A stretch of DNA of 64,000 nt from an uncultured Candidatus Poseidoniales archaeon (lineage in GTDB: Archaea; Thermoplasmatota; Poseidoniia; Poseidoniales; CAYMED01). This document shows, in pieces, positions 18,714 to 28,618 of the stretch; the first letter of the stretch is position 1; every line of letters starts with the position of its first letter. Below the pieces are notes generated by a model. It did not search any database, was not told the DNA's origin, and saw only the letters and a program-made list of their open reading frames with translations. The DNA is taken from contig CAYMED010000003.1 of the NCBI GenBank assembly GCA_964389655.1, positions 39,163 through 103,162 on the forward strand, written 5' to 3'. Both the position numbers and the translations under genes were made by a program.

Positions 18714-19667
18714 CTAAGAATCTCTTGACTCTCTCCAAGAATTTATTCTAGAAGGCAAGTCAATTGCGAAAAGAAGGCCCACAACTAAGAAAACAATCAA
18801 AGTTCCAAGGGCGACCCCATAAACGCTGGTTAACTCAACACTCTCTTCTAGCCGAAGGGCTGCATCTGCGCTGAAAATTGAAGCAATGGTGGGAATGATC
18901 GTATTAAATGAGAGAGCAAACCAAGCAACTGCACCTGCCATCAGAGGATTTATGATCAATGATCTTCGGTACTTTCCTGCAACCTTTTTGATGTTCATAA
19001 CATATACTTCATTTGTCCGAATGCTCGTATCTAACATGCTAAAACGAAGAACACCATTCGATAATTCAAAAAAGAGCACAAGAGAAATTGCATATCCAAT
19101 GACCAATAAGTTCTGAGACATTTCAGACTCAAGGAAGGCAATATCTTGAGAGAGAGTCAAATCACTTGATGCAAATCGGAGAGCTGTAATGATGAAAAGA
19201 ACATATGAAATCAAGAGATAAAGTTGATCTCGCTTCATGATCCCGATACCCCCAACTGCAATGCCTCCAACAATAATCAAAGTATGAATTAGTACAGCAA
19301 TTTGCCCTCCATTGAGTAAAGCAAACCACATTGTTCCTGAAACTGGGTTCACGATGTATGTCAAAATACCAAGAATACCGAGAATGATATAACTCAGTAA
19401 CTGTAAATTCCGAACCATGCTATCTGCTCGAAGAAATTTAGTGCGTTGGACAATTGGACCACCAAGAAGTGATTCTACAAATCCAGGTACATGAACATCA
19501 GGTATTGCATCTTCAGGAATAGACGAATCTGCAGATTGATTTCCAGCAGCACGGCGGCGACTTGGGGCTGATGAGCGTACATCTTTCGTGTAAAGGTCAA
19601 TTTTCTTCCCACCAGCAGTACCAGATGGGGGAGGAGAGCCAGCATTTGGAGGAGGGGGGGCTACCAT
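18714..19667 (-). CDS. Polytopic membrane protein (about 6 TM) with Pro-rich N-terminus; last gene of the MoxR operon
   Basis: Multiple hydrophobic helices; 1 bp from the DUF58 stop. Confidence 0.75.
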   Translation of the reverse strand: MVAPPPPNAGSPPPSGTAGGKKIDLYTKDVRSSAPSRRRAAGNQSADSSIPEDAIPDVHVPGFVESLLGGPIVQRTKFLRADSMVRNLQLLSYIILGILGILTYIVNPVSGTMWFALLNGGQIAVLIHTLIIVGGIAVGGIGIMKRDQLYLLISYVLFIITALRFASSDLTLSQDIAFLESEMSQNLLVIGYAISLVLFFELSNGVLRFSMLDTSIRTNEVYVMNIKKVAGKYRRSLIINPLMAGAVAWFALSFNTIIPTIASIFSADAALRLEESVELTSVYGVALGTLIVFLVVGLLFAIDLPSRINSWRESRDS

Positions 19668-19668
19668 T

Positions 19669-20994
19669 TCAGAACCCCCTTGCCCCTGCTAATGCAGTTG
19701 AAAGTAACATATCCGGCTCCCAATCACAGACAAATACACCAAGGCTTCGCAATTCATTAATCAATACATTACGCTCCGTTTTTAGGACTTCATAACCCGT
19801 GCGATCGATCCTTCGTGCATCAAATTCAAAATCGATGCTTGAAGGTGAAAGAACAGTCACATCAAATTCTCTTGCTCTAAAATCCCTAAGTGCATTGACG
19901 ATGGTAGGATCATCCTCTAAACACGATAAGAGTATGATGGGGCTTCCCCTATTGATGTGAGGGAGTAATCGGTTTGTGACAATCTGCAAAGGTGTCTTCC
20001 CACGTGCTTGTGCACCCGCTAATTTAGTGAGCAAAACATAGAGTTGCTTTTTCCCAGTGTCTCGGTCAACTGAGACAATCTCGTCCCCATAAACGACGAG
20101 GCCAACGCTGTCTCTTCGAGAAAGAAAATATTTCGCCAAAGATGCCGCTGCTCGCGTAGCATTAACAAGAGAGTTGCGAGATACGGGACCTGTTTCCGCA
20201 ACTGAACGGCCATCAATGATGAGGATAATGTCGCTAACTGCATCACGTTCTCTTTCATTAACCATCAATTCACCTGATTTCGCATAAGCATTCCAATTGA
20301 TGGCTCTGAATGTGTCACCCTCAACATACTGACGCAAACTGTAGAATTCAGTGCCGGGGCCGGGATTTCGTATTTGGACCGCACCTGTGAATATTTTCGG
20401 TACGCGGCTCTTGACGAAGGTATCTTTTAGATCCTCCATTTTTGGAAAAATCAAGAAATCATCATACACATGAATCTCTTTTTCTTTGTGAAAAAGTCCA
20501 AAAGCATCTTGAATTCGCACGCAAACAGGCCCAAGGCTGTAAAATCCACGCAAAGGACATTCCAAAGTATATTCTAGAAGTGTTTCGCGGCGGGGCCCGA
20601 GTTCCATCAATGCATAATTAGCTCCTTCCTTAATTCGCATAACTTCAGGGACTCTATCCCGTATTTCGATTGTTTTTGCAAACCGAGATCGATTTTGAAT
20701 GCGAACGGTGACACTAATTTGCCCATCCTCAAAAATTCTTGCTGAAGAGAGGCGTCGCATGGCTGAAACACCAGAAAGAGCCTGTCCTGCTTCATCTAAT
20801 TCCCCATCATCATCAAGACGACGGCCCGATGAAGCAACATCAGCATGACTAGATCTCCAAGCGGCATATGTGAGGAAAGAGAACAGTACGACGGCAATTG
20901 TCACCAATTGCTGATTGCGCAGGGTTAGGCCAAGCAGATAGAGGCCCGTCGCAAGGCTTGCGAAGAGTGCCGACTTGCGGCTCCACATCGCCAA
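19669..20994 (-). CDS. DUF58 (vWA-like) membrane protein
   Basis: Two N-terminal TMs; RGFYSLGP, GPGTEFYSLRQYVEGD, INWNAYAK, RRDSVGL. Confidence 0.9.
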   Translation of the reverse strand: MAMWSRKSALFASLATGLYLLGLTLRNQQLVTIAVVLFSFLTYAAWRSSHADVASSGRRLDDDGELDEAGQALSGVSAMRRLSSARIFEDGQISVTVRIQNRSRFAKTIEIRDRVPEVMRIKEGANYALMELGPRRETLLEYTLECPLRGFYSLGPVCVRIQDAFGLFHKEKEIHVYDDFLIFPKMEDLKDTFVKSRVPKIFTGAVQIRNPGPGTEFYSLRQYVEGDTFRAINWNAYAKSGELMVNERERDAVSDIILIIDGRSVAETGPVSRNSLVNATRAAASLAKYFLSRRDSVGLVVYGDEIVSVDRDTGKKQLYVLLTKLAGAQARGKTPLQIVTNRLLPHINRGSPIILLSCLEDDPTIVNALRDFRAREFDVTVLSPSSIDFEFDARRIDRTGYEVLKTERNVLINELRSLGVFVCDWEPDMLLSTALAGARGF

Positions 20995-21028
20995 TCATAC
21001 CCCCTTAATATATCTCAACTTCCGCACA

Positions 21029-22138
21029 TCACGCTGTTGGAACAGGAACTTCTCGAAGAATTGTCTGAATAACCTCATCGGGCTCTAAACCTTTGATTTG
21101 GTGTTCTGGTTTCAGGATTAAACGGTGGGCGAGAGCAAGTACTGAAATCGCTTTGACATCGTCAGGAGTTACAAAATCCCTCCCACGCATTGCTGCAACT
21201 GCACGTGAACACTTTAGCAAGGCTTGACTGCCTCGGGGACTGCTTCCAACTAATACGCGAGGGTCTTCTCGAGTACGTGCAACGATCTCAACAATATACA
21301 TTCGAATTGCTGCATCGATATACACATCCTCTGTTGCTTGCTGCATCGCAATAACCCTTTGAGGATCGGTGATAACTTCAACGTCCACTGCATCTTTCTT
21401 TCGCGAAACACGGCGGGCTAGAATTTCATCCTCATCTGCACGATCTGGGTAACCTACACTCATTTTCATCATGAATCGGTCTAATTGTGCTTCAGGGAGG
21501 GGGTAGGTACCCTCTTGTTCCACAGGGTTTTGAGTAGCCATTACGAGGAAGGGGGCGGGGAGCTTGTGAGTTACAGTACCAATTGTAACCTGCTTTTCCT
21601 GCATCGCTTCAAGCAGTGCTGCCTGCGTCTTCGGGGGGGCACGATTGATTTCATCAGCAAGCAATAGATTACAGAAGATCGGGCCCGGCTTGAAAGTAAA
21701 TTCTCCCTTCTTTGCATCATAGACGTTGGTTCCTGTGATATCTGCTGGAAGCAAGTCAGGAGTGAATTGAACACGCTTAAAGTCACAGCCTAGAGCATCT
21801 GCAAAACTGTTAGTCATCAGCGTTTTTGCTAGGCCCGGATAATCCTCAAATAGAAGATTTCCTGATGAAAGAATATTCACTAGAACATTATCAAGCACGT
21901 GGCCCTTTCCGATGATAACTTTGGCTACTTCTGATGTGAGAGCTGTGCAAATTGCGCCCACGGCCTTTAGTTTCTCACGTACTTCTGCACTTCCCTGATA
22001 TCCTGAGGGTGGAGAACTGTAACCTGCTTGGACTGGAGCTGCTGCCATAGGGGGTGGTGCGGCAGCCATTGGTGGCGGGGCAGCCATAGGTGGTGGCGGG
22101 GCAGCGGCGGGCGGCATTGGGGGCGGGGGCTGGGCCAT
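21029..22138 (-). CDS. moxR: MoxR-family AAA+ ATPase with polyproline N-terminal arm
   Basis: DYPGLAKT Walker A, RVQFTPDLLPAD, LADEINRAPPKTQAALLEAM, YPLPEAQLDRF, SPRG. Confidence 0.95.
   Translation of the reverse strand: MAQPPPPMPPAAAPPPPMAAPPPMAAAPPPMAAAPVQAGYSSPPSGYQGSAEVREKLKAVGAICTALTSEVAKVIIGKGHVLDNVLVNILSSGNLLFEDYPGLAKTLMTNSFADALGCDFKRVQFTPDLLPADITGTNVYDAKKGEFTFKPGPIFCNLLLADEINRAPPKTQAALLEAMQEKQVTIGTVTHKLPAPFLVMATQNPVEQEGTYPLPEAQLDRFMMKMSVGYPDRADEDEILARRVSRKKDAVDVEVITDPQRVIAMQQATEDVYIDAAIRMYIVEIVARTREDPRVLVGSSPRGSQALLKCSRAVAAMRGRDFVTPDDVKAISVLALAHRLILKPEHQIKGLEPDEVIQTILREVPVPTA
22040..22138 (-). repeat. Coding tandem repeat encoding PPP(P)MAA(A) units
   Basis: Imperfect 18-21 bp units encoding MAQPPPPMPPAAAPPPPMAAPPPMAAAPPPMAAAP. 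Confidence 0.8.
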
Positions 22139-22157
22139 ATTTTCATCTCTCCTGTTT

Positions 22158-23840
22158 CTATTCTTTATCCCATCGTCGGATTGTTTTCAGTAATTCTTGA
22201 AGTTCTTCATGTGCATAATCACGTTGGCTGTATACCAACTCAATCAAGCGTGGATCTGCGATCATCTGCTGCACCTCTGCTGGGGCCTTCAAAGCCATCT
22301 GATCACGCGTTAGGTCATAACGGAGTCGGACTGTTGTGAAAAGCGCATCCCTCACTCGCTGTTTATAATCAGCGGGCGCTATTTTGTTTGGGCGCTCTCT
22401 AAATCGCGTAAGATCAAACACGTGTCGCCAATTTTCCTTGGCAGGGACGATCATTATCCCAAGAAGTATCAAAAGCATAAGATTTCCTAGGATTAGCCAT
22501 TTTAGCCACGCATCTGAAGTAACCAAAACCACTGTGCTCATTGCCTCTACAAAAGGTGAAGATACGGCATTTGATGCGTGCCTGCTTTCATCAAATACGA
22601 TGTTAAAATTCTCTTGATTGCGCATAATCTGTGCATTAATTACGTCTTCATCTGCTAAGAACATGTCCTCAATAAGCGCTCGGAAATATTCTTCATTCCC
22701 AGTCCATGTCTTACCACCTGCTTTTGTCCAACAACGGCGTTGGTCTTGGCCAGTACGGTATAGTGAACAATCATCCATAAAGCCCGCTGCAGTAGCCGAA
22801 TCACCATCCCACATCATATTGCTAAATGATTCATCATCCGCAACAAAGACAATACTTCCAGTGACTTCAATCTCAGCTTCAGTGTTATTTTTGTCAATGT
22901 CAACACCGATAGCTTTCGAATAGTCTATTCTGACAATGAGGGCATGCTCTTGAGCAGTTGTAGAATCACTCCAATCAGTTTCTTTGCCCAATTTCATTAC
23001 GGCATACGCTGAAGGTACTGCCAATTCATGCAATGTACGAGTTACGCCTGCTGCAATTTCTGCCTCTGTCCCATCTGGTTGAAGAACCTCAATCGAAGTT
23101 GGACCATCAAAAAGTACGGGAAGGACGCAATTATCCCTATTCTTAGATGATTTCAATGGGTTACTGCAGGGTGAAGTTGCGTTGGCACCCATATCTTCGA
23201 CATTGCTACGAATTGCTGCTAGGGCCCATACTTGATCCTCTTCATTGATGCGGTTGTCAGCATCTTCACAGTCACTTACCTTGGCCAGGTTTCGCAAGCA
23301 TTTTTGATATTGATTTCCATGCGTTGGCCCTTCACCAAGGTCAAGCCCTGTAAATTGGAGGCCAAAACGATCTGCAATCATTCTTGAATTTGAACCATCA
23401 CCTGCAATAATTACCTTCCCCCCGCGATTTACGACAAAGTCGTAAATCAAATCCGCTTCAGCTTGATCAAAGGGTTTCTCTGGGCTGATAATAACCAACA
23501 ATGTTCTGTGAGGTTTAAGCCAGTCATTTACGAGCATCGGGGTTGACATCGTGTTTGCAATGTTGTGTTGACCATATGTCAAAAAAGAGCAATCACTGAT
23601 TGCTTCTGGAGGGCACTCACCGAGAGATTCCTTCATCTCTGTTAATTGAAGATCGGAAAATGGCACATTTGTCGAACCAATCATAGAAGTATCTGTGGAA
23701 TAAGCACTGTAAGTGGAGGCTTGCCCTGCGGTTGTCATCATGATGGCAATTGATGATAAAAGTAAGACCACAACAAACGAAATCATCGCCCATTGCTGGA
23801 GGCGATCTTTCTTCACTTGTTCTTCTGACATTTCTCTCAT
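22158..23840 (-). CDS. DUF4350-like membrane-anchored extracellular protein of the MoxR operon
   Basis: N-terminal TM; LVIISPEKPF...FVVNRGGKVIIAGD; IVFVADDESFSN; IVFDESRH; second TM near the C-terminus. Confidence 0.75.
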   Translation of the reverse strand: MREMSEEQVKKDRLQQWAMISFVVVLLLSSIAIMMTTAGQASTYSAYSTDTSMIGSTNVPFSDLQLTEMKESLGECPPEAISDCSFLTYGQHNIANTMSTPMLVNDWLKPHRTLLVIISPEKPFDQAEADLIYDFVVNRGGKVIIAGDGSNSRMIADRFGLQFTGLDLGEGPTHGNQYQKCLRNLAKVSDCEDADNRINEEDQVWALAAIRSNVEDMGANATSPCSNPLKSSKNRDNCVLPVLFDGPTSIEVLQPDGTEAEIAAGVTRTLHELAVPSAYAVMKLGKETDWSDSTTAQEHALIVRIDYSKAIGVDIDKNNTEAEIEVTGSIVFVADDESFSNMMWDGDSATAAGFMDDCSLYRTGQDQRRCWTKAGGKTWTGNEEYFRALIEDMFLADEDVINAQIMRNQENFNIVFDESRHASNAVSSPFVEAMSTVVLVTSDAWLKWLILGNLMLLILLGIMIVPAKENWRHVFDLTRFRERPNKIAPADYKQRVRDALFTTVRLRYDLTRDQMALKAPAEVQQMIADPRLIELVYSQRDYAHEELQELLKTIRRWDKE

Positions 23841-23886
23841 CTCAAGGAATAACAGCAACGGTGCAGAGTGATGGACTCTCGGTGCA

Positions 23887-24861
23887 CTATTGAAGATTCC
23901 CGCAGGGCGTTTTGTCATGCATCAGCAAATTTCGTTGTCTTCGGTTGTACTGTGCCGTGAAAAGCAAGACTAAAATTGTACAAATTGAGGCGTCATATCG
24001 GCCAAGAGATTCTGTTGATGGTGATGATGTATTTTTTCCAATGGAAAGTTCATCAATCTCTTCCGCATCCCTAATAGCAACAACATCAACTGTAATTTCA
24101 ACATTATCTGCGACTCCTGAATCACCCGCATCAGCATCGGCACTAGACCATGCGCGCATTGCAAGACGACATAAAGTGGAGGGATGGGCACTAGAAGGCG
24201 TCAGGAATACATTAACGGTCACTACGGAACTGGGATTGATGATGAGATCCACTGCATCTTGCTCCCCAGAGATCTCGAGTTGAGGGCAAGACGTATCGCT
24301 TTCAATTCGGTCCACTGAGTCCTTTCCATTTCCTTTATTTTCGATTTTGAGTGCAATTTCAGCCGATGTTCCAGCAGTAATGGGCCCACCTGGTTCAGAC
24401 AAGTGCAATTCCAATTGAGTAACTCGAGGAATCTCCGCAAGCGCTTCAAGTGTCAGAGAATCTTCGCCATAGCCACCAGACACGCCATTTGTACTCACCC
24501 TAGTAATTTCAATTTTGAATGAGTCCGTGGTCCCAGCATCATGATCACGGACAGTTATGTCTTCGAATATAGCATCGAAGGTCTTGTTTTCCCCACTTTC
24601 AAGCGTGAATTCCCTTTCCGCACCATCACCGATTTTTGCCGAAAATGGTACGTCAAATTCAACACTAAACTGAACAGACCCCGGGCCCCTATTATCCACC
24701 CAATATTCTACTTGAAGAGATCCATCGCTACCAACCATAAATGCATTCGATTGTTCGACAAAATCAGTATCCCAAGACCCTACTCCTTGTGCAGATACCG
24801 TTAAAAAAATACCACTAAGCATCAAAAGAGTGCAAAAGTAGATTCGGCTTCGCACGCTCAT
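23887..24861 (-). CDS. Secreted Ig-like beta-sandwich protein with C-terminal membrane anchor
   Basis: Signal peptide; repeated V.N.G / IENKGNGKD motifs; hydrophobic C-terminus plus RRQR; 4-bp overlap with the upstream FAD subunit gene. Confidence 0.65.
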   Translation of the reverse strand: MSVRSRIYFCTLLMLSGIFLTVSAQGVGSWDTDFVEQSNAFMVGSDGSLQVEYWVDNRGPGSVQFSVEFDVPFSAKIGDGAEREFTLESGENKTFDAIFEDITVRDHDAGTTDSFKIEITRVSTNGVSGGYGEDSLTLEALAEIPRVTQLELHLSEPGGPITAGTSAEIALKIENKGNGKDSVDRIESDTSCPQLEISGEQDAVDLIINPSSVVTVNVFLTPSSAHPSTLCRLAMRAWSSADADAGDSGVADNVEITVDVVAIRDAEEIDELSIGKNTSSPSTESLGRYDASICTILVLLFTAQYNRRQRNLLMHDKTPCGNLQ

Positions 24862-25844
24862 AGCCCCCGCAACGCGGACAAGGCACGTTTAGTAAGAACA
24901 CGCAACATCTTTCTACGATAACGCGGTGGAAATGCGGTATTATTAACTGGCTTGATTGATTTTTTCACCGCCTCAGCCAAGGAATCAATCGATGAAGAAG
25001 AATCCCATGAGGATAAAAATGAAGCGACCTCCTCTGCATGTAATTTTGGAATGGATTCACAACCAGTGGTAGCTATACGAAGCTCCAGTGGAATCCCTTG
25101 CTCGTCAAGACGCCACGCTGCTGCAACCCCTGCTTCTGGAAAATCCCAAGATTCCCTAAGTCGCAATTTCTGATAGTCACCCTCTAGAGAAATTGCGCGT
25201 TCGTCAAGTGTGACGTGGGTAATCATTTCACCTGGTTGCAATATATTTCGGGAAATTCCATCTAGTTGAAAAAAATCCTCAAGAGGCATGCTTCGCATAT
25301 CATCTACTGAAGCAAGATGAATCACAGCACCAAGACACATCAGTACCGGCGCCAAATCTGCCTGATATGTCGCAACACATAGGGTATTTTGGTTCGGAAT
25401 TACTCGACAATCTGCTCCAGTATCATAATCACATTTGTGACACCATTCAATGCTTCTACGCCAATCTTCTGTTTGATTAAACCAAAAACACCTCGTGTCA
25501 AGACAGAGATTTCCCCCCACCGTTGCTGATTGTCGAATAAGAACACTGGCAATTGATTCTGAGGCCTTGCTGATTAGTGGGTGAGTTAATGGAGATTCAG
25601 CCAAATCATGCAATCGCACCATGGCACCGATATGGGTTGCTGTGTGCTTAGTTAACTCCTCAACTTTTGCCAAAGAGATTACGTGTCCTTTTGAATTAAG
25701 ATGCCATTTGTAATTAGGTAACAAATCCGTTCCACCGGCTATCCAATCAAACTCAGTATTTGCAGACACAAACTGCGAAGACAGATCTAGAGCCTCCGCC
25801 AAACTCTCAGGTAGGTGAAGAATGAATGGCGGGGTGCGCATCAA
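24858..25844 (-). CDS. Mo-hydroxylase FAD subunit with [4Fe-4S] insert (4-hydroxybenzoyl-CoA reductase beta-like)
   Basis: IAGGTDLL, IGAMV, ATVGGNLC, Cys insert DTRCFWFNQ..WCHKC..DC..LCVATYQADLAP, KLRLRESWDFP. Confidence 0.88.
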   Translation of the reverse strand: MMRTPPFILHLPESLAEALDLSSQFVSANTEFDWIAGGTDLLPNYKWHLNSKGHVISLAKVEELTKHTATHIGAMVRLHDLAESPLTHPLISKASESIASVLIRQSATVGGNLCLDTRCFWFNQTEDWRRSIEWCHKCDYDTGADCRVIPNQNTLCVATYQADLAPVLMCLGAVIHLASVDDMRSMPLEDFFQLDGISRNILQPGEMITHVTLDERAISLEGDYQKLRLRESWDFPEAGVAAAWRLDEQGIPLELRIATTGCESIPKLHAEEVASFLSSWDSSSSIDSLAEAVKKSIKPVNNTAFPPRYRRKMLRVLTKRALSALRGL

Positions 25845-28618
25845 ACACCACCCCTATGTCTCCGCTCAAGGTGTTTCCAAGCACCACCTGCTAAGCGAGG
25901 AGAGGACAAATAATCCGAAGGCGGCGTTACTGAAACAACCCAGTCGTCTGATTGCTCATCCGGTGGCATTTTTGGATCATAGCCAAAAATTGCACCATTA
26001 TGATATGGCTCTCGGTCTTCTGTATGTCGGCGGGCTAAATCACGTTCTGCATGTTCTTCGGCTCGAGACTCTAACATCACTTGTAATGGGGAAAAATCAA
26101 GCCTTGGTGGAGGAAGTTCAAACTCATTATCGATATTCAGATCATTGCATTTAGATTCGATAGCACTGTGCAAACGGTCAGGAGTCACGGGGAGTTCAAA
26201 TGGACGGACACCGGTGGCATCATAGATTGCATTGCATACTGCTGGGAGCACGGGTAAAAGTGGGCCCTCTCCCGCTTCCTTAGCGCCGAATGGCCCTTCA
26301 GGATCATTGCTTTCAACAATAATGGGAACAACTTCTGGCATTTCATGAATGGTTGGAATCTTGTACTCTAACAAATTTGGATTTAGCAAGTGACCAGTTC
26401 GGCCATATCTCATCTCTTCAGTGATTACTTGCCCGAGGCCCATATGGCAACTCCCGATTATCTGGCCCTCTACGGATAATGGATTGAGGGCTTTTCCACA
26501 GTCATGAGCGGCCCAAACTTTGATCACTTTTGTGTGCCCAGTTTCTACGTCCACCTTCACTTCGGCAACATATGCTGAGAATGAATAAGCCGGGGCAAGG
26601 CCTGCTGCAGCGCCTTTATGTGCGCGCCCCATAGGAGGCGTTCTATAGGACCCTGAGGCGACAAGCGCCCCACGATCTTCCTGAGCTTTGTGCAAGGCCT
26701 CAAGATAAGATACACCTAGTCCCGGGTCAGACTTGACATAGATTCTACGGTCCCCTATGATGAGATCTTCTATTCTCGAATTAGTAATTTCTGCAGCGGA
26801 AGTTAGTAAGTCCTTGCGAACCTCCATGGCAGCAGAAATCGCTGCATTTGCGTTCATAAACGTAACTCGGCTCGAATACGATCCGAGATCGACAGGAGAC
26901 GTATCTGATTCTTGTGATCGCACGCGAATCATATCAAGAGGAAGGCCAAGGACTTCAGCAACTGCTTGGCTGACAACAGTATCAGACCCCTGCCCAATAT
27001 CGGCGGCGCCCGTGTGAACCGTTACGCCTCCATCCATGTCGACTTTCAAATGGACAGTTGCATGCGGGAATTTATTTGGGTCCCAATGGATTGGTAAGCC
27101 ACTTCCTGAGATAAAGAAACCACAACCCACACCAATTCCATGCCCAAGTGGTAATTTTCGAAACTTATTTTTCCAATCTGATGCTTCAGCAACTCGTTCT
27201 AAACATTCCCGCATCCCAATACTAGTCACTCTAAATCCAGTGATTGTTGTGCTATGTGGAGGGAGAATATTAGAAAGGCGAAATGTAATTGGATCAACGC
27301 CCAATTGTTCAGATAAATCATCAATTGCAACTTCAAATGCGCATCTTGAATTTACTGCCCCGTGCCCACGCATCGCTCCACTTGCTGGCTTATTTGTCCA
27401 CACTCTTGCTCCAGTATAATGAAAAGATCCAATCTCATAAGGTGCCGAGTGTAGAACACCATTGTAGTAAGTAGTTACATGCCCAAATGAAGCAAACGCT
27501 CCGCCATCAATCAAGGCATCTGTTGCAACACCGCTAATTCTGCCTTGATCATCTGAATAAAGATTCATTTCGATTAAAGATGGATGCCTTCCCCGGTTTA
27601 CCCAAAAAACCTCTTCCCGATCAAAATTTATCCTAACTGGCTTCCCGGATTTTCGAGCAAGAATGGCAGCACACATCTCATGAGGGAACGGGTCAGATTT
27701 CCCACCAAACCCGCCACCGACAAACGTTCTATATACATTAATCTGGTGCATCGGAATCTCTAGAACATCTGCGAGAGCCCTGTGAACATAATGGGGAACT
27801 TGTTGAGGGGTATAGAGGGTCAAGCGACCAGATGGTTTCCAATGTGCAACAACAGCATGAGGCTCAGTAAATCCATGATTCACACCTGAAAATTTCCAAT
27901 TAGATGAGTGACTAGCTGCAGCAGATTCTGCGACGCCCCCGACATTTCCAAATTCTTGGAACACTCGCTTTTGGATATTTGATTCACCAATGTGATATAT
28001 GCCACGGTCATGGATTGGCTCATCGCAGTCATCAAGGCCGGAGCGCATATCATGAGTGGCATCAAGAACATCATATTCAACTTCAATCAATTGGATTGCA
28101 TGTCTAGCAGTCATCTCATCATCTGCTGCCACACATGCCACAGGGTCACCCACATGGCGTACTTTCTCAACGGCCATCGCATGCTCGTCTTTCGTGACTG
28201 GTAATACACCAAATTTACAGGTTGCATCTAGACCGGTTGCAACTGAGATGACACCAGGAAGGGCTTCTGCTTTTGTTGTATCAATAGAGGATATTCGGGC
28301 ATAGTGGTGAGGGCTCCGAAGAATCCTCCCAATCAATTCACCCGGTAAACGGATATCATCACCATATCTTGCTTGTCCAGTAACTTTCCAACGACTATCC
28401 TTTAGAGGAGTACGTTTCCCAATTGCGGCACCAGTTACGTATGGGTCATGGGCATGTGGCCCCCATGGTTGCTTTTTTTTACCGCCCTGACTTTCAGGAA
28501 TCATTGAGAGGTCTCGCAGTGAACTAAATGATCCCTTGCCTCCACTACCTGGTCGAGAAAATGGAAGTTTCCCCGGTTGCTGGCGATAACCGACCATTTC
28601 CTCAGGTTTTTCAGACAT
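25841..28618 (-). CDS. Xanthine-dehydrogenase-family molybdopterin subunit (4-hydroxybenzoyl-CoA reductase alpha-like)
   Basis: KVTGQARY, QVPHYVH, GGGFGGK, GAMRGHG, GAADIGQGS, GSYSSRVTFM, GPFGAKEAGEG; start ATG 28618 overlaps the end of the upstream gene. Confidence 0.9.
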   Translation of the reverse strand: MSEKPEEMVGYRQQPGKLPFSRPGSGGKGSFSSLRDLSMIPESQGGKKKQPWGPHAHDPYVTGAAIGKRTPLKDSRWKVTGQARYGDDIRLPGELIGRILRSPHHYARISSIDTTKAEALPGVISVATGLDATCKFGVLPVTKDEHAMAVEKVRHVGDPVACVAADDEMTARHAIQLIEVEYDVLDATHDMRSGLDDCDEPIHDRGIYHIGESNIQKRVFQEFGNVGGVAESAAASHSSNWKFSGVNHGFTEPHAVVAHWKPSGRLTLYTPQQVPHYVHRALADVLEIPMHQINVYRTFVGGGFGGKSDPFPHEMCAAILARKSGKPVRINFDREEVFWVNRGRHPSLIEMNLYSDDQGRISGVATDALIDGGAFASFGHVTTYYNGVLHSAPYEIGSFHYTGARVWTNKPASGAMRGHGAVNSRCAFEVAIDDLSEQLGVDPITFRLSNILPPHSTTITGFRVTSIGMRECLERVAEASDWKNKFRKLPLGHGIGVGCGFFISGSGLPIHWDPNKFPHATVHLKVDMDGGVTVHTGAADIGQGSDTVVSQAVAEVLGLPLDMIRVRSQESDTSPVDLGSYSSRVTFMNANAAISAAMEVRKDLLTSAAEITNSRIEDLIIGDRRIYVKSDPGLGVSYLEALHKAQEDRGALVASGSYRTPPMGRAHKGAAAGLAPAYSFSAYVAEVKVDVETGHTKVIKVWAAHDCGKALNPLSVEGQIIGSCHMGLGQVITEEMRYGRTGHLLNPNLLEYKIPTIHEMPEVVPIIVESNDPEGPFGAKEAGEGPLLPVLPAVCNAIYDATGVRPFELPVTPDRLHSAIESKCNDLNIDNEFELPPPRLDFSPLQVMLESRAEEHAERDLARRHTEDREPYHNGAIFGYDPKMPPDEQSDDWVVSVTPPSDYLSSPRLAGGAWKHLERRHRGGV

